Origin: Nitrospirota bacterium
Lineage (GTDB): Bacteria; Nitrospirota; Nitrospiria; Nitrospirales; Nitrospiraceae
DNA length: 64,000 bases
Assembly (NCBI GenBank): GCA_963701855.1
Contig: CAVPBK010000006.1
Coordinates: forward strand, 1,248,001-1,312,000
Direction: 5' to 3'
Position 1 is the stretch's first letter. The number at the start of each line of letters is the position of its first letter. The position numbers and the translations under genes are program-made. This document shows, piece by piece, positions 9,684 to 22,143 of this stretch. The notes beneath the pieces were generated by a model. It made no database searches. It was not told the DNA's origin and saw nothing but the letters and a program-made list of their open reading frames with translations.

Positions 9684-11488
9684 TGATGAGTAATGGATTG
9701 GTTCAAATCGGACTCTACTTTGTCGTCCTGCTCGCGTTGGCCAAGCCGCTGGGGTGGTATATGGCACGGGTGTATGAAGGTCAAGCCTGTGGACTCGACC
9801 GCGTAGTGGGCCCTCTCGAACGGCTTATCTATCGTCTGTGTGGAGTGCGTCAAACCGAGGAGATGGACTGGAAAACGTACGGGATCGCCATGCTGTTATT
9901 CAACGCGATGGGGCTGGTCGCGGTCTATGGATTGCAGCGACTCCAAGGATTTCTGCCGCTGAATCCAGCGGGGCTGGGGGCCGTCACGACCGATCTTGCC
10001 TTCAACACCGCTGCGAGTTTCGCGACCAATACCAACTGGCAGGCTTATGGAGGCGAAACGACGCTGAGCTATCTGACTCAGATGGGTGGACTCACCGTGC
10101 AAAATTTTGTGTCCGCCGCAACCGGGATGGCAATTCTGGTCGCGTTGATCAGGGGCTTGGCCCGACGCAGCGCTACGACCATCGGCAACTTTTGGACGGA
10201 CCTCGTCCGCAGCACGTTGTACATTCTCCTGCCGCTGGCCCTGCTCTTGTCTTTGCTATTGGTGTCACAAGGCGTCGTTCAAACCTTCGCGCCATACCAG
10301 ACCGCCACATTGCTTCAGCCGGCCAGTTACGCCACGCCCGTAGTGGATGCGAACGGCCAGCCGGTGCTGGATGAACAGGGCCAGCCGAAAACAGAGCCTG
10401 CGACGGCAACTGAACAGGTACTTGCAGTCGGACCGGCCGCCTCTCAGATTGCGATCAAGCAGCTTGGGACCAACGGCGGTGGATTCTTCAATGTCAATTC
10501 TGCTCATCCGTTTGAAAACCCGACGCCCTGGTCCAATTTTCTCGAGGTTCTCGCGATCCTGCTCATCCCGGCGGCGCTCTGCTACACGTTTGGGATGATG
10601 GTCGGAGACACGCGCCAGGGGTGGGCCATCCTTGCGGCGATGACGATTCTCCTCCTCTGTTTTATTCCGCTGGGGCTATGGGCCGAGCAAAGCGGGAATC
10701 CGGCTTTCACCGCTCTGGGGATCGATCAGACTTCCAGTGCAGGACAATCGGGCGGGAACATGGAAGGGAAAGAAATCCGATTCGGCATTGCGAACTCCGT
10801 TCTGTGGTCTGCCGCCACCACGGCGGCCTCGAACGGCTCGGTCAATTCGATGCACGATTCCTACACACCCTTGGGAGGGCTCGTGCCGCTCTTCCTGATG
10901 CAGTTCGGAGAAGTGGTATTCGGCGGGGTCGGCTCGGGTCTCTACGGGATGATCGCCTTCGCCATCATCGCTGTGTTCGTCGCAGGGCTGATGGTCGGGA
11001 GAACACCTGAATATCTTGGGAAGAAAATTGAACCCTATGAAATGAAGATGGCCTCGTTGTTGATTCTCATTATGCCGATGGTAGTCCTCAGCTTCACAGC
11101 AGTGGCGTCGGTGACGGGCGTCGGTACCAGCTCGATTTTCAACCCAGGCGCCCATGGGTTCAGTGAGATGCTCTATGCCTTTAGTTCGATGGGGAATAAT
11201 AACGGCAGTGCATTCGGTGGACTGAGTGTCAACACGCCCTTCTACAATGTGACCGGCGGACTCGCGATGCTGATCTCTCGCTTCTGGTTGGCGATTGCCA
11301 CGTTGGCATTGGCAGGCGCGCTGGCAAGGAAAAAGCTCGTGCCGGCTGGGCCTGGAACCCTGCCGACCCACTCGCCGCTGTTTATCGTGCTGCTGATCGG
11401 CGTCGTCGTGCTCGTGGGCGCGCTCACCTTCGTGCCCGCCCTGGCCCTGGGACCAATTGTAGAACACATCCTGATGGTGAGCCGATGA
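9683..11488 (+). CDS. kdpA: K+-transporting ATPase subunit A
   Basis: [26 protein letters not shown] and NNGSAF motifs. Confidence 0.97.
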   Translation: MMSNGLVQIGLYFVVLLALAKPLGWYMARVYEGQACGLDRVVGPLERLIYRLCGVRQTEEMDWKTYGIAMLLFNAMGLVAVYGLQRLQGFLPLNPAGLGAVTTDLAFNTAASFATNTNWQAYGGETTLSYLTQMGGLTVQNFVSAATGMAILVALIRGLARRSATTIGNFWTDLVRSTLYILLPLALLLSLLLVSQGVVQTFAPYQTATLLQPASYATPVVDANGQPVLDEQGQPKTEPATATEQVLAVGPAASQIAIKQLGTNGGGFFNVNSAHPFENPTPWSNFLEVLAILLIPAALCYTFGMMVGDTRQGWAILAAMTILLLCFIPLGLWAEQSGNPAFTALGIDQTSSAGQSGGNMEGKEIRFGIANSVLWSAATTAASNGSVNSMHDSYTPLGGLVPLFLMQFGEVVFGGVGSGLYGMIAFAIIAVFVAGLMVGRTPEYLGKKIEPYEMKMASLLILIMPMVVLSFTAVASVTGVGTSSIFNPGAHGFSEMLYAFSSMGNNNGSAFGGLSVNTPFYNVTGGLAMLISRFWLAIATLALAGALARKKLVPAGPGTLPTHSPLFIVLLIGVVVLVGALTFVPALALGPIVEHILMVSR

Positions 11489-11513
11489 CGGCGTCGGCGT
11501 GGAGGATTTCGAG

Positions 11514-13598
11514 ATGACAACGCAAGACAAGAGAAGGCAATTGTTCGATCCTCAGATTATGCAACGGGCGCTGCTGGAATCCTTCCGGAAGCTTGATCCG
11601 CGCCACCAAATTCGCAATCCGGTCATGTTCGTGGTTGCGGTCGGGAGTGTGCTGACCACAATTCTATTATGCCAGGCGCTGTTCGGAACAGGCGAAGCGC
11701 CTGTCTGGTTTATCCTCGCCGTCTCTCTCTGGCTCTGGTTCACCGTGTTGTTCGCGAACTTTGCCGAAGCGATGGCGGAAGGGCGCGGAAAAGCACAGGC
11801 GGAATCGCTGCGCAGTTCCCGGCGTGAAATGAACGCGAAGAAGCTGGGCCAGCCTGAGTCCGGCGGCCAGTATCTCAGCGCTCCATCCTCCACCGTCCAG
11901 GCGAGCGCCTTGACGCGTGGAGATGTCGTCTTGGTGGAGGCCGGCGATTTTATCCCCTGTGACGGGGAGGTCATCCAAGGCATCGCCTCGGTGAACGAAA
12001 GTGCCATCACCGGCGAAAGCGCTCCCGTTATTCGAGAGAGCGGCGATCGCAGCGCCGTGACAGGTGGAACACGTGTCCTGTCGGATTGGTTGGTCATACG
12101 AGTCACGGCTAACCCCGGCGAGACATTTCTGGACCGGATGATTGCCATGGTCGAGGGGGCCAAGCGCCAAAAGACACCGAATGAGATCGCCCTTAACATT
12201 CTGCTGGCGGCACTCACGGTCATCTTTCTCTTGGCAACGGCCACGCTGCTCCCCTTTTCCCTCTACAGTGTGCAGTCGGCAGGTCAGGGGGCCCCTGTCA
12301 CGGTGACGGTCTTAGTCGCGCTGTTGGTGTGTTTGATTCCGACTACGATAGGAGGATTGCTCTCTGCCATCGGCATTGCCGGTATGGATCGAATGGTACA
12401 GGCCAATGTCATCGCCATGTCGGGGAAGGCGGTCGAAGCGGCGGGCGACGTGGATGTGTTGCTGCTCGACAAGACCGGCACCATCACGCTGGGCAATCGC
12501 CAGGCGACTGCGTTCTTTCCGGCTGAGGGGGTGAGCGATCAGGCGCTGGCCGATGCGGCCCAGCTTTCGTCGCTGGCGGACGAGACGCCGGAAGGGCGCA
12601 GCATCGTGGTCCTGGCCAAGGAAAAATATGGATTGGGAGCGCGCGACATTCACGAGTTAGGCGCAACATTCATTCCCTTTACGGCTCAAACCAGCATGAG
12701 CGGCGTCAATTTGAACGGGCGGGAAATACGCAAGGGGTCTGACGGCGCGATCGAAGCCTATGTGACGGAACGGGGTGGGCACTTTTCTCAAGCGGTCCGC
12801 TTACAGGTGGAGACCATTGCGAAGCAGGGGGGCACACCGCTGGTCGTGGCGGAGGGGCCACATGTGCTGGGCGTGATCTACCTGAAAGATATCGTCAAGG
12901 GTGGGATCAAAGAGCGGTTTGCCGAATTGCGACGCATGGGCATCAAGACGGTGATGATCACCGGCGACAATCCACAGACTGCGGCAGCCGTGGCGGCAGA
13001 AGCCGGTGTGGACGATTTCCTGGCGCAGGCCACGCCGGAAGCCAAGCTCAAGTTGATTCGCGAGATGCAGGCCGGTGGCCGGCTCGTCGCGATGACGGGG
13101 GATGGCACGAACGACGCGCCGGCCCTCGCCCAGGCGGATGTCGCGGTGGCCATGAACACCGGCACACAGGCCGCGAAGGAAGCCGGCAATCTGGTCGATC
13201 TAGATTCCAACCCGACCAAGCTTATTGAGATCGTGGAAATCGGCAAGCAACTCTTGATGACCCGCGGAGCCTTGACCACCTTCAGCATCGCAAATGATGT
13301 CGCAAAGTATTTCGCGATCATTCCCGCTGCGTTCGCCTCGACCTATCCCGCGCTCAGCGTGCTCAATATTATGGGACTGGCGACGCCGGCCAGTGCCGTG
13401 TTGTCGGCCGTGATATTCAACGCGCTGATCATTATCGTTCTCATTCCCCTCGCCCTCCGTGGTATCCGGTATCAACCGATCGGCGCCGCGCGGCTGCTAA
13501 GCCGGCATCTCCTGGTCTATGGGTTGGGAGGGATCATTGTGCCATTCGTGGGAATCAAGCTCATCGATTTGTTGCTTGTCGCTCTGCGTTTAGTCTGA
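11514..13598 (+). CDS. kdpB: K+-transporting ATPase subunit B (P-type ATPase)
   Basis: TGES, DKTGT and [10 protein letters not shown] motifs. Confidence 0.97.
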   Translation: MTTQDKRRQLFDPQIMQRALLESFRKLDPRHQIRNPVMFVVAVGSVLTTILLCQALFGTGEAPVWFILAVSLWLWFTVLFANFAEAMAEGRGKAQAESLRSSRREMNAKKLGQPESGGQYLSAPSSTVQASALTRGDVVLVEAGDFIPCDGEVIQGIASVNESAITGESAPVIRESGDRSAVTGGTRVLSDWLVIRVTANPGETFLDRMIAMVEGAKRQKTPNEIALNILLAALTVIFLLATATLLPFSLYSVQSAGQGAPVTVTVLVALLVCLIPTTIGGLLSAIGIAGMDRMVQANVIAMSGKAVEAAGDVDVLLLDKTGTITLGNRQATAFFPAEGVSDQALADAAQLSSLADETPEGRSIVVLAKEKYGLGARDIHELGATFIPFTAQTSMSGVNLNGREIRKGSDGAIEAYVTERGGHFSQAVRLQVETIAKQGGTPLVVAEGPHVLGVIYLKDIVKGGIKERFAELRRMGIKTVMITGDNPQTAAAVAAEAGVDDFLAQATPEAKLKLIREMQAGGRLVAMTGDGTNDAPALAQADVAVAMNTGTQAAKEAGNLVDLDSNPTKLIEIVEIGKQLLMTRGALTTFSIANDVAKYFAIIPAAFASTYPALSVLNIMGLATPASAVLSAVIFNALIIIVLIPLALRGIRYQPIGAARLLSRHLLVYGLGGIIVPFVGIKLIDLLLVALRLV

Positions 13599-13608
13599 GG
13601 AGGTATAC

Positions 13609-14181
13609 ATGCGGACCCAACTTCGCCCGGCTTTGGTGTCACTCGTCGCCCTGACCCTGATCACCGGGGTTCTGTACCCGCTCGTGATCACAGGTCTTGC
13701 TCAGGTGCTGTTTCCACGGCAAGCCAACGGGAGCCTGATCCTGATCGACGGCAAGCCGGTCGGATCATCGTTGATCGGCCAGCCGTTCGACGCGCCGAAG
13801 TATTTCTGGGGCCGTCCTTCCGCCACGTCACCGTTCCCCTACAACGCCGCCGCCTCGTCCGGGTCCAATCTGGGCCCGACCAATGACGCGCTGATAAAAG
13901 CCGTGCAGGCTCGCATCGACGCGCTCAAGACTGCCGACCCAGACAATCCTCTTCCCCTTCCGGTGGATTTGGTCACCGCCTCAGGGAGCGGTCTCGATCC
14001 GCATATCAGTCCCGCGTCTGCGGCATACCAGGTGCGACGAGTCGCGCATGCCCGGAGGATGGAAGAAGCCGTGGTTCGCCAACTTGTGTCTCAGCATACG
14101 GAGGGACGTCAGCTTGGGATTCTCGGAGAACCCCGGGTGAACGTACTGGCATTGAATCTTGCACTGGATACAGTGAAGTAA
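13609..14181 (+). CDS. kdpC: K+-transporting ATPase subunit C
   Basis: [26 protein letters not shown] and GEPRVNVL motifs. Confidence 0.97.
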   Translation: MRTQLRPALVSLVALTLITGVLYPLVITGLAQVLFPRQANGSLILIDGKPVGSSLIGQPFDAPKYFWGRPSATSPFPYNAAASSGSNLGPTNDALIKAVQARIDALKTADPDNPLPLPVDLVTASGSGLDPHISPASAAYQVRRVAHARRMEEAVVRQLVSQHTEGRQLGILGEPRVNVLALNLALDTVK

Positions 14182-14317
14182 AACGACTGGCTAGAGGATT
14201 CGTGTAGGCTTCGTTCCTCTTCACACTCACTGTGAGTGCTCTCGCAGAAAAACCATGCGCGAAATCATTGGGGAACCCGACATTGATTTCATGGGCAAGC
14301 GACTACGAGGGCCTTAT

Positions 14318-14872
14318 ATGAAGTTACCTGTCAGAACGATTGCCTTTCTCTTCGCACTGATTCTGATTCATGGGTGCACCGGCAAAGACGATGCCTCTAC
14401 GTCGCAACAGAATGCAAAGGGAGATGCGATCACCCAAGAAGAAGGCCTCATCATCACAACCCTCAACGAGGTTGCGACTGCTGAGTCACAATTTTACAGT
14501 ATGAAAGACTCCCTATCCATTCTCCGGTTCTACGCGCAAGATTATGCAGGAATCAAAGATGGGAAATCAGAAACACTCAAGGACAAAAGTAAATACCTTG
14601 CAGGGGTGTTGGAGCAGATTAATCTTGGCGAACCTATCGGCATTTCATCCAACGTCATGAATATCAAGCCTAGCGTCGCAGGGAGATCCGGATGGGCCAC
14701 CTATGAGTATGAATACAAAGTCGGGAGGAGTGGAGGGAGGAGTGGAGTACTCCAGCAAGTTTCACAAGGTCAATGTACTGCCATTTTCACGAAGCAAGCA
14801 GATGCATGGCTGATCCGACACGAACATTGTTCGACGGCAAGTCCTACACCATTCCTTTTAAACTCGAGATGA
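14318..14872 (+). CDS. Putative lipoprotein with NTF2/SnoaL-like fold
   Basis: Signal peptide ending IHGC; C-terminal TAIFTKQADAWLIRHEHCS typical of NTF2-like domains. Confidence 0.6.
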   Translation: MKLPVRTIAFLFALILIHGCTGKDDASTSQQNAKGDAITQEEGLIITTLNEVATAESQFYSMKDSLSILRFYAQDYAGIKDGKSETLKDKSKYLAGVLEQINLGEPIGISSNVMNIKPSVAGRSGWATYEYEYKVGRSGGRSGVLQQVSQGQCTAIFTKQADAWLIRHEHCSTASPTPFLLNSR

Positions 14873-15103
14873 TTCAGGACTTGCCTCAACGGGGGTAAGG
14901 TCGGCAATGTCCAGTCAATGTCGAGTTAATCTCGCGTGGACCGTCACGTGAAAGAGATCCACTAATACGATCATTCCCGGAACCACGATAACTGTAGTGT
15001 CGTAAACGGCATGAGCACTCATTGACCGATCTGGAATCTCTTTTACACTGATACGACCGTTCCCATCTGGACTGCACTCCGTGTCACCGATCGCACACAT
15101 CTG

Positions 15104-17810
15104 ATGGAAGAACGACGACCCGATCCCGATACCTTGCTGAGGCGCGTGCAGACTGAAGAGGCCAAGCAGGCGCGCGGCAAGCTCAAGGTATTTTTCGGCG
15201 CCACGGCGGGCGTGGGGAAAACCTACGCGATGTTGCAGGCTGCGCACGAGCAACGGAGTGACGGGGTCGATGTGGTCATCGGGTGGGTCGAAACGCACGG
15301 TCGTGCGGAAACAGAGGCCCTGCTGGAAGGGCTGACGATTCTGCCGCCACGCGTGGTCGAGCATCGCGGAACGACATTGCAGGAATTCGATCTTGACGCG
15401 AGCGCTCGCACGGCATCCTCAGCTCATTCTGATGGATGAGCTGGCCCATACCAATGCCCCTGGTTCTCGGCACCCGAAACGATGGCAAGACGTCATGGAA
15501 CTCTTGAAGGCGGGCATCAACGTCTATACGACCGTCAACGTGCAACACATGGAGAGTCTGAACGATGTGGTGGCTCAGATCACAAGTGTTCGGGTGAATG
15601 AAACAGTGCCGGACTCGGTGCTCGAACAGGCCGATGATGTCGAGCTGATCGACCTTCCCCCAGACGACCTCCTTCAACGCCTCAAAGACGGCAAGGTCTA
15701 TCTGCCGGAGCAAGCGCAACATGCGCTCCACAATTTCTTCCGCAAGGGGAATCTGATTGCCTTGCGGGAATTAGCCTTGCGTCGGACGGCGGAGCGGGTG
15801 GACCAGCAGATGGAGGTCTACCGCCGCGACCATGCCGTGGTCCGTACATGGCCTGCCGCCGAAACCATCATGGTCTGTGTGAACATGAAGCCCAGAGGAC
15901 CCCGGTTAGTGAGGGCTGCCAGAACGATGGCGACGGGTCTCCATGCGAAATGGATCGCCGTGTACGTGCAGACTCCCAGGCATCTACGCATGCCTCAAGC
16001 CGACCGCGACCGGGCAAATCAGACGCTTCGGCTCGCGGAAATGCTTGGCGCTGAGACGGTGATGTTGAGCGGAGCCAATGTCGTGCAGGAACTGCTGACC
16101 TATGCCCGCATGAGAAATGTGTCCAAGATCATCGTTGGGAAGCCGGTCCGTGCCCGATGGAAGGAGGTGGTGTTCGGGTCAGTCGTGGCTGATCTCGTGC
16201 AACAGAGCGGGGAGACGGACATTTATGTGATCACTGGCGAGGCCGGTGAAAGCCGCCCGTTGGCGAGTCAGGCTGTGAAACGGAGCAGTGAGTGGTCATC
16301 CTACGGGTTTGGCGTGGTGGGCGTCGCGCTCTCGACCGCCCTCGCATGGCTGATGTTTCCGTATTTCAGCACCACCAATCTCATTATGGTGTACTTGATG
16401 GGAGTGGTTCTCGTGGCGATCCGTTATGGACGAGGGCCGTCGGTCCTCGCATCAGTCCTGAGTGTCGCCGCGTTCGACTTTTTCTTTGTCCCTCCGTATC
16501 TCACCTTTGCCGTGTCGGACATTCAGTATCTCCTGACGTTTGCCGTCATGTTGGTCGTTGCGCTGACGATCAGCGGGCTGGCCGTCCGTACCAAGCAACA
16601 GGCCGACCTGGCTCGTCATCAGGAACGACGTACGGCGGTCCTCTATGCCTTGAGCCGCGAGCTGGCCACTCACCGTGGGCTGGCCACCCTCACACAACTG
16701 GCTGTGAAACACGTCCGAGAGGTGTTCGATAGCCAGGCGGCCGTTTTTGTGGCGGATCTCAACAAGCGTTTGGTCCTTCAACGGGACGAGCAACTGTTCT
16801 TCGAATTCGATCCAAAAGAATCGGGAGTGGCGCAATGGGTCTTCGAGCATGGCGAGCGGGCGGGCTTGGGCAGCGATACATTGCCGGGTGCCAGTGCCTT
16901 GTATCTGCCATTGGTCGGATCAAAGGGTCCTATCGGCGTGTTGGCGGTCCGTCCAACCCTCGCGACGCGTTTCCTGGATATGGAGCAACTGCATCTTCTT
17001 GAAGTCCTGGCTAACCAGATAGCCCTTGCCTTGGAACGTGCCCGTTTGGCCGACGAAGCGCAGCAGGCGCACGTCTCGGTGGAGACAGAACGAATGCGCA
17101 ATGCCATCCTCAGTTCTGTTTCCCACGATCTCCGGACGCCCCTGGCGACGATTACCGGAGCCGCCAGCGGTCTCCTTGAAGAGCAAGACCAGCTTGGTCC
17201 CGCGGCGCGTCATGAGTTGGCGCAGTCCATCTATAATGAGGCGCATCGGCTGGATCGGCTGGTTCGAAATTTATTGGACATGACGAGGCTAGAATCCGGC
17301 GCAGTGCAGTTGCAAAAAGAGTGGCACCCGGTCGAAGAGATTGTAGGAGCCGCATTGACGCGCGTGGAGAGTCGGTTGAGTGGGCATCACGTAGGCACCA
17401 ATTTCCCTCCAGACCTGCCGCTTGTGCTCGTGGATGGTGTATTGATGGAACAAGTCTTGATCAACCTGCTTGAGAATGCCCTAAAATTTACCCCTCCTTC
17501 CACGGCCATCGAGCTATCTGCAAAGGCCTCCGATCACGAACTGGTTTTTGAGATCGCCGATCGAGGGCCCGGGATTCCACCCGGCGATGAACAGCGCATC
17601 TTCGATAAGTTCTATCGGGCCGGTCCGGCCCGTGAGGGGGGTGTGGGGCTTGGCCTCACGGTTTGCAGAGGCATCATCGAAGCTCATGGCGGACGGATTT
17701 GGGTTGAAAAGCGTCCCGGTGGCGGCGCCGTGTTCCGGTTCACTCTTCCGATCGAGCAGGCTCAGCCGACGATCGAGCCGGAAGAGGCCGAACGCCATCC
17801 GGTCGTGTGA
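15104..17810 (+). pseudogene. kdpD: Sensor histidine kinase KdpD with +1 frameshift near 15400
   Basis: GATAGVGKT in the first frame; DELAHTN, SHDLRTPL and G-boxes in the second; removing one base at about 15401 restores DLDAALARHP. Confidence 0.9.
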
Positions 17811-17835
17811 GGGAATGGAAGGATCCTGAGCTGCC

Positions 17836-18534
17836 ATGGCAATTCACGAGGCGACCGTCCTCCTCATCGAAGATGAAGCGGAGATCCGGCGATTTCTTCG
17901 GACCTCCTTACCCGCCCATGGCTACCGTCTCTATGAGGCGACCACTGGAGCGGACGGGCTTGCGCAGGCGAAGGCGAGAAATCCAGACATCATCTTGCTC
18001 GATTTGGGTCTTCCCGATGTTGATGGGACCGAGGTTATTCGGCGAGTCCGCGAGTGGTCCACTATCCCGATTCTCGTGCTGTCGGCCCGCGAACAAGAAC
18101 AGGCGAAGGTTGCCGCGCTCGACTTGGGAGCCGATGATTATGTCACCAAACCGTTCGGAGTCAACGAGCTGCTCGCGCGGATGCGTGCCGCGCTTCGGCA
18201 TATCGCCGGACCGCCGGGAGAACCGGCCGAGCCGGTGTTTACCCTCGGCGATCTGAAAGTGGATCTTGGGCGGCGACAGGTGTTTGTGTCGGCGAAAGAA
18301 ATTCACCTCACGCCGATCGAATACAAGCTGCTCACGACGCTGATCCGGTACGCCGGCAGGGTGATGACTCACCGTCAGCTTCTAAAAGAAGTGTGGGGTC
18401 CGCTGCACGTGGAGGAAGGGCATTATCTGCGAGTGTATATGCGCCAGTTGAGAAACAAGCTTGAGGAAAACCCGTCCCATCCACGTTACCTGGTCACGGA
18501 GCTGGGAGTTGGATATCGGCTCCGGACGGAATGA
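17836..18534 (+). CDS. kdpE: Response regulator KdpE
   Basis: Receiver domain (LLDLGLPD, GADDYVTKPF) plus OmpR-type wHTH (YLRVYMRQLR); follows kdpD. Confidence 0.93.
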   Translation: MAIHEATVLLIEDEAEIRRFLRTSLPAHGYRLYEATTGADGLAQAKARNPDIILLDLGLPDVDGTEVIRRVREWSTIPILVLSAREQEQAKVAALDLGADDYVTKPFGVNELLARMRAALRHIAGPPGEPAEPVFTLGDLKVDLGRRQVFVSAKEIHLTPIEYKLLTTLIRYAGRVMTHRQLLKEVWGPLHVEEGHYLRVYMRQLRNKLEENPSHPRYLVTELGVGYRLRTE

Positions 18535-18622
18535 CCCACCGTCATTTTCTTTCTACGATTTCTTACATCAGCGGTGAGGAAGAGCAAGAGCAAGAGCGTG
18601 ATCACCATGGAGGAGCGGAGAT

Positions 18623-19552
18623 TTATGCCGGTGATGCACTCACATGGACTTTGCAGAGGTCTTCAAGCGCCAGTATCAGCGCGTGGGTTCCGCTACGGCC
18701 ATGCCCGAGCGTTTGGACGGTCTGGTAGAGCTGGTGCACCAACGTGAGTCCGGGAAGTACGAGGCCCATACGTTTCGATTCCTCCAGCGCGAGCCCCATG
18801 TCCTTGATGAAATGCTCGACAAAAAATCCTGGGTCGAAGTTGCGCTGTAGAATTTTCGGCGCCAGATTGTCTAACGTCCAACAGGCGGCTGCGCCGCCCC
18901 GGATCGATTCGAGCATGCGGGTCAGATCGAGGCCCGCTTTATAGCCATAGAGCAAACTCTCGCAGACGCCGACCATCGTGCCGGCAATCACGATCTGGTT
19001 GCAAAGCTTTGCCTGTTGCCCAGTTCCTGGCCCTCCCTGATGCACGATCTTTTTCCCCAATAGTTCGAACAGCGGCAGTACGGCTTGAACGGATGTCCTG
19101 TCGCCGCCGATCATGATCGAGAGCGATGCATGCTTCGCGCCGACGTCGCCACCAGAGACAGGTGCATCGATAGCCGATAGATCTTTCGCTGAGGCAGCTG
19201 CTGCAATTTCACGGCTCAATGAGGGTTGTGTCGTCGTCATGTCGATGAGGGTCATCCCAGATCGCGCGCCGGCCAGGACTCCAGTCTTGTCGAAATAAAC
19301 GGTGCGCACGTCCTGGGGAAAACCGACCATTGTGAAAAGGACATCAGATTTGGCCGCTGCAGCCCGCGGACTCTCGGCCCATTGCGCGCCGCGATCGAGC
19401 AATGGTTGCGCCTTCGACTGCGTGCGGCTATGGATGGTCACGCGATAGCCGGCTGTGAGCAGATGGCCACACATCGATGAGCCCATCACGCCGGTACCGA
19501 TCCAGCCGATTGTCCTGTTCTCCGGTACGACCCTGCCTAGAAAGTCTGTCAT
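18623..19552 (-). CDS. NAD(P)-dependent oxidoreductase, beta-hydroxyacid dehydrogenase family
   Basis: [16 protein letters not shown] and KLCNQ motifs. Confidence 0.9.
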   Translation of the reverse strand: MTDFLGRVVPENRTIGWIGTGVMGSSMCGHLLTAGYRVTIHSRTQSKAQPLLDRGAQWAESPRAAAAKSDVLFTMVGFPQDVRTVYFDKTGVLAGARSGMTLIDMTTTQPSLSREIAAAASAKDLSAIDAPVSGGDVGAKHASLSIMIGGDRTSVQAVLPLFELLGKKIVHQGGPGTGQQAKLCNQIVIAGTMVGVCESLLYGYKAGLDLTRMLESIRGGAAACWTLDNLAPKILQRNFDPGFFVEHFIKDMGLALEESKRMGLVLPGLTLVHQLYQTVQTLGHGRSGTHALILALEDLCKVHVSASPA

Positions 19553-19555
19553 TAG

Positions 19556-19763
19556 CCCACATTATTCATGACGGTTCGTCGCAAAATCGCTGAGCCGCAT
19601 CGCGAGACCAGCGCACGGAGGCCAGGGGACTGGCTCCGCCAGTTTGCGGCGGTTGCCTGTCCCCAACAGTACGTTGAAGGTTCGAGGGGCGAGCCCGCTG
19701 GCCGTAGGCTCGTCGTAGCAGCGGATCGGTGATTGTAGCAGAAGCGTTCATGAGTAATGTGGG
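19556..19763. repeat. MITE-like element, family C
   Basis: Terminal IR CCCACATTATTCATGA / TCATGAGTAATGTGGG flanked by TTAG on both sides; inverted relative at 54848-55014. Confidence 0.8.
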
Positions 19764-20255
19764 TTAGGGCTTCGTCTCATCGAGCAGCGGGGTAATTCGA
19801 TCCGCCACCGCTTGAATGACGCTTTCTTTATCTCTCGCCACCTTCACCCCTTGAAAACTCAAATAGTAGCCCCCGTGACTCGGCGACTGGATCGTGGCAG
19901 TAAGTTCAATTCGTTGCCCGTCTTCAACATCGGGGTCTTTGACGGTTGGGATTCCGCAACGTCCGTAGACGGCGACGTTGATCGAGGATGTTTCGTCTTC
20001 CAGGTAGAACAAGTAGGCGCCGTAGCACATCGTGCCGGCCTGGAGCTTGTAGGGATCGAGCGGCGTCACATTGCGAACCGTGCCCTGCAACGTGACCTGT
20101 TTCAAATGAAACGACTTTGGCTCGTCAACGATCTCGCGAATGGTGATAGGCTCAGCGGCTGAGGCACAGGAAGAGCCGGCCATAGACCACCCAAGCCAGA
20201 GGACGGAGAGGAGACTGACCAATGTTTGTGCACGAGAAGTGCTGCGGTGTGTCAC
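19764..20255 (-). CDS. Exported hypothetical protein, OB-fold-like
   Basis: Signal peptide; TIREIVDEPKSFHLKQVTLQGTV is typical of an OB-fold nucleic-acid-binding-like domain. Confidence 0.6.
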   Translation of the reverse strand: MTHRSTSRAQTLVSLLSVLWLGWSMAGSSCASAAEPITIREIVDEPKSFHLKQVTLQGTVRNVTPLDPYKLQAGTMCYGAYLFYLEDETSSINVAVYGRCGIPTVKDPDVEDGQRIELTATIQSPSHGGYYLSFQGVKVARDKESVIQAVADRITPLLDETKP

Positions 20256-20346
20256 GGTTCTATTTTACAGAAGGTCGTAGTAGAAGTCCCTTCCGCCCTC
20301 TCGACGAACTCGTTATAATCCGCCGACCTTTTCTGGAGAATTACTA

Positions 20347-21714
20347 ATGATCGATCACACACGCCTCGAACGCTATATCACAGATACCCGTCCACGATTT
20401 GAAGATCTGCTGGGCCAGATGGTGGAGATCCCTTCGATCAGCATGGACCCGGCCAAGTCTCTCGACATCCGGCGGATGGCGGACTTCGCTCGGCAGGTCC
20501 TCACGGATTTGGGGGCTGAGGTCCAGATCGTAGAGACAGGCGGTTACCCGATCGTGTCGGGAGGCTGGACGACTGGAGCCCATCATCCGACGGTCACTAT
20601 CTATAACCATATGGATGTGCAACCGGCGCAGGAGCCGGAATGGAAACAGGCGCCCTTTGCGTTCAAGAACGAGAACGGGATGTATCATGGCCGTGGTGCG
20701 ACGGATGACAAGGGTCCGGCGCTCTCGGCCCTGTTCGGCGCAAGGTACGCGATCGAGCAAGGAGTCCCGATCAACGTCCGATTTCTCTGGGAGCTGGAAG
20801 AAGAAATCGGCAGTCCGCATTTTGCCGGTGGGCTGAAAAATCGAGCGGCTATTCCTCGACCGGATTCAGTCGTGGTGTCGGACACCATCTGGCTCGCCAA
20901 GGGAAAGCCTGCCATGCCCTACGGTCTGCGCGGTCTGCTGGGCGCGCGACTCATGCTTCGCACCGGAACGAAGGATGCCCATTCCGGCGTGACCGGTGGC
21001 GCCGCGCGTAATCCGCTCGCGGAACTGATGGAAGTGGCGCAAGCCTGCGTCGATGCCAAGACCGGCAAGGTGAAGATCCCCGGGTTCTATCAGGATGTGG
21101 TCGATCCGACTAAAGCGGAGATCAAGAGCTTTCTCGCGTCAGGTTTCCAGGTCAAGAGCTTCAAGCAGGCCTATGGATTTCAGACACTCCGCACGAACGA
21201 TCCCGCCGAGATCATGCGCCGGATTTGGGCTGCGCCGACGTTTGAGGTGCACGGCCTGACCGGCGGCTATCATGGGCCAGGGGTGAAGACGATCGTGCCG
21301 GGCCATGGCGAACTCAAAGTGAGTATGCGATTGGTGCCGAATCAAACTCCAGAAAAGGTCTTTGCGTTACTCAAGAAACATGTCGCCAAGCTGAATCCGA
21401 ACGTGAAGGTGGAGCGGGAAGGGATGCTGCATCCGTTCAAGGGCAGTTTCGACGGGCCTTATGTCGATTGTGTGAAGCGGGCGGTGAAGGCTGGGTTTGG
21501 GAAAGAACCGGCCTTCGTCCGCGAAGGAGGATCGATCGGCGCAGTGGTCACGATGCAGAAAGCCTGGAAGGTGCCGATCCTGTTTATGGGATTGAGTCTG
21601 CCTGAGCATGGGTACCATGCGCCGAATGAATACTTCGACTGGGGCCAAGCCTCCGGCGGGATGAAGGCGTTTGCGCATTACTTTGAGGAGCTGGCGAAGA
21701 TGGGAAAGAAATAG
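20347..21714 (+). CDS. M20/M25/M40 family dipeptidase
   Basis: HMDVQP, GRGATDDKG, EEEIGS and HAPNE motifs. Confidence 0.92.
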   Translation: MIDHTRLERYITDTRPRFEDLLGQMVEIPSISMDPAKSLDIRRMADFARQVLTDLGAEVQIVETGGYPIVSGGWTTGAHHPTVTIYNHMDVQPAQEPEWKQAPFAFKNENGMYHGRGATDDKGPALSALFGARYAIEQGVPINVRFLWELEEEIGSPHFAGGLKNRAAIPRPDSVVVSDTIWLAKGKPAMPYGLRGLLGARLMLRTGTKDAHSGVTGGAARNPLAELMEVAQACVDAKTGKVKIPGFYQDVVDPTKAEIKSFLASGFQVKSFKQAYGFQTLRTNDPAEIMRRIWAAPTFEVHGLTGGYHGPGVKTIVPGHGELKVSMRLVPNQTPEKVFALLKKHVAKLNPNVKVEREGMLHPFKGSFDGPYVDCVKRAVKAGFGKEPAFVREGGSIGAVVTMQKAWKVPILFMGLSLPEHGYHAPNEYFDWGQASGGMKAFAHYFEELAKMGKK

Positions 21715-22100
21715 GGCAGCCTGGTCGTCCTCCTGCTCGCGGAACAGAGGAGGGGATGGAGCCTGATGATCTTCTGTGCTCGCGCAACGCGCGGCCTCAG
21801 AAGGATGGGAGGAGCGGCCAGGTGCCCTTCTTGCTCGCAGAACGCGCACGGTGAAACCGTGCTCGTTCGATGCGCGCAGTAAAGGGCAGCCTTGGCCACT
21901 CCTCTAAATGTGAGGTATGTAGCGAATTGGAAGGCCCTCGCCCGGGCTAATGGCACGTCTCGGCGTGCCAGTGGGTGGGCGGGTGAGAAAGCGCGCGCAG
22001 TGGAAGATCAATCAGCCCCCATCCCTGAAGATATAACAAGCAAGCTTGGAGGGAGCATTTATTTCGCTCGATGCGCGGAGTGAAGGCCAGCCCTGGCCAC
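21715..22100 (+). repeat. Long intergenic repeat, family B
   Basis: Highly similar over about 300 bp to the reverse complement of 25640-25955; core also at 27780-27870. Confidence 0.85.
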
Positions 22101-22143
22101 TCCTTACCAAGAGAAGGTTGAAATGTACGTGCGCAGATGGAGA

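Noticed and set aside
14880..15100. c-di-AMP (ydaO) riboswitch upstream of kdpD
   Set aside because: Conserved ydaO sequence motifs were not found; only an imperfect inverted repeat
18531..18728. 65-aa ORF after kdpE
   Set aside because: Overlaps the convergent dehydrogenase, low complexity and no recognisable features
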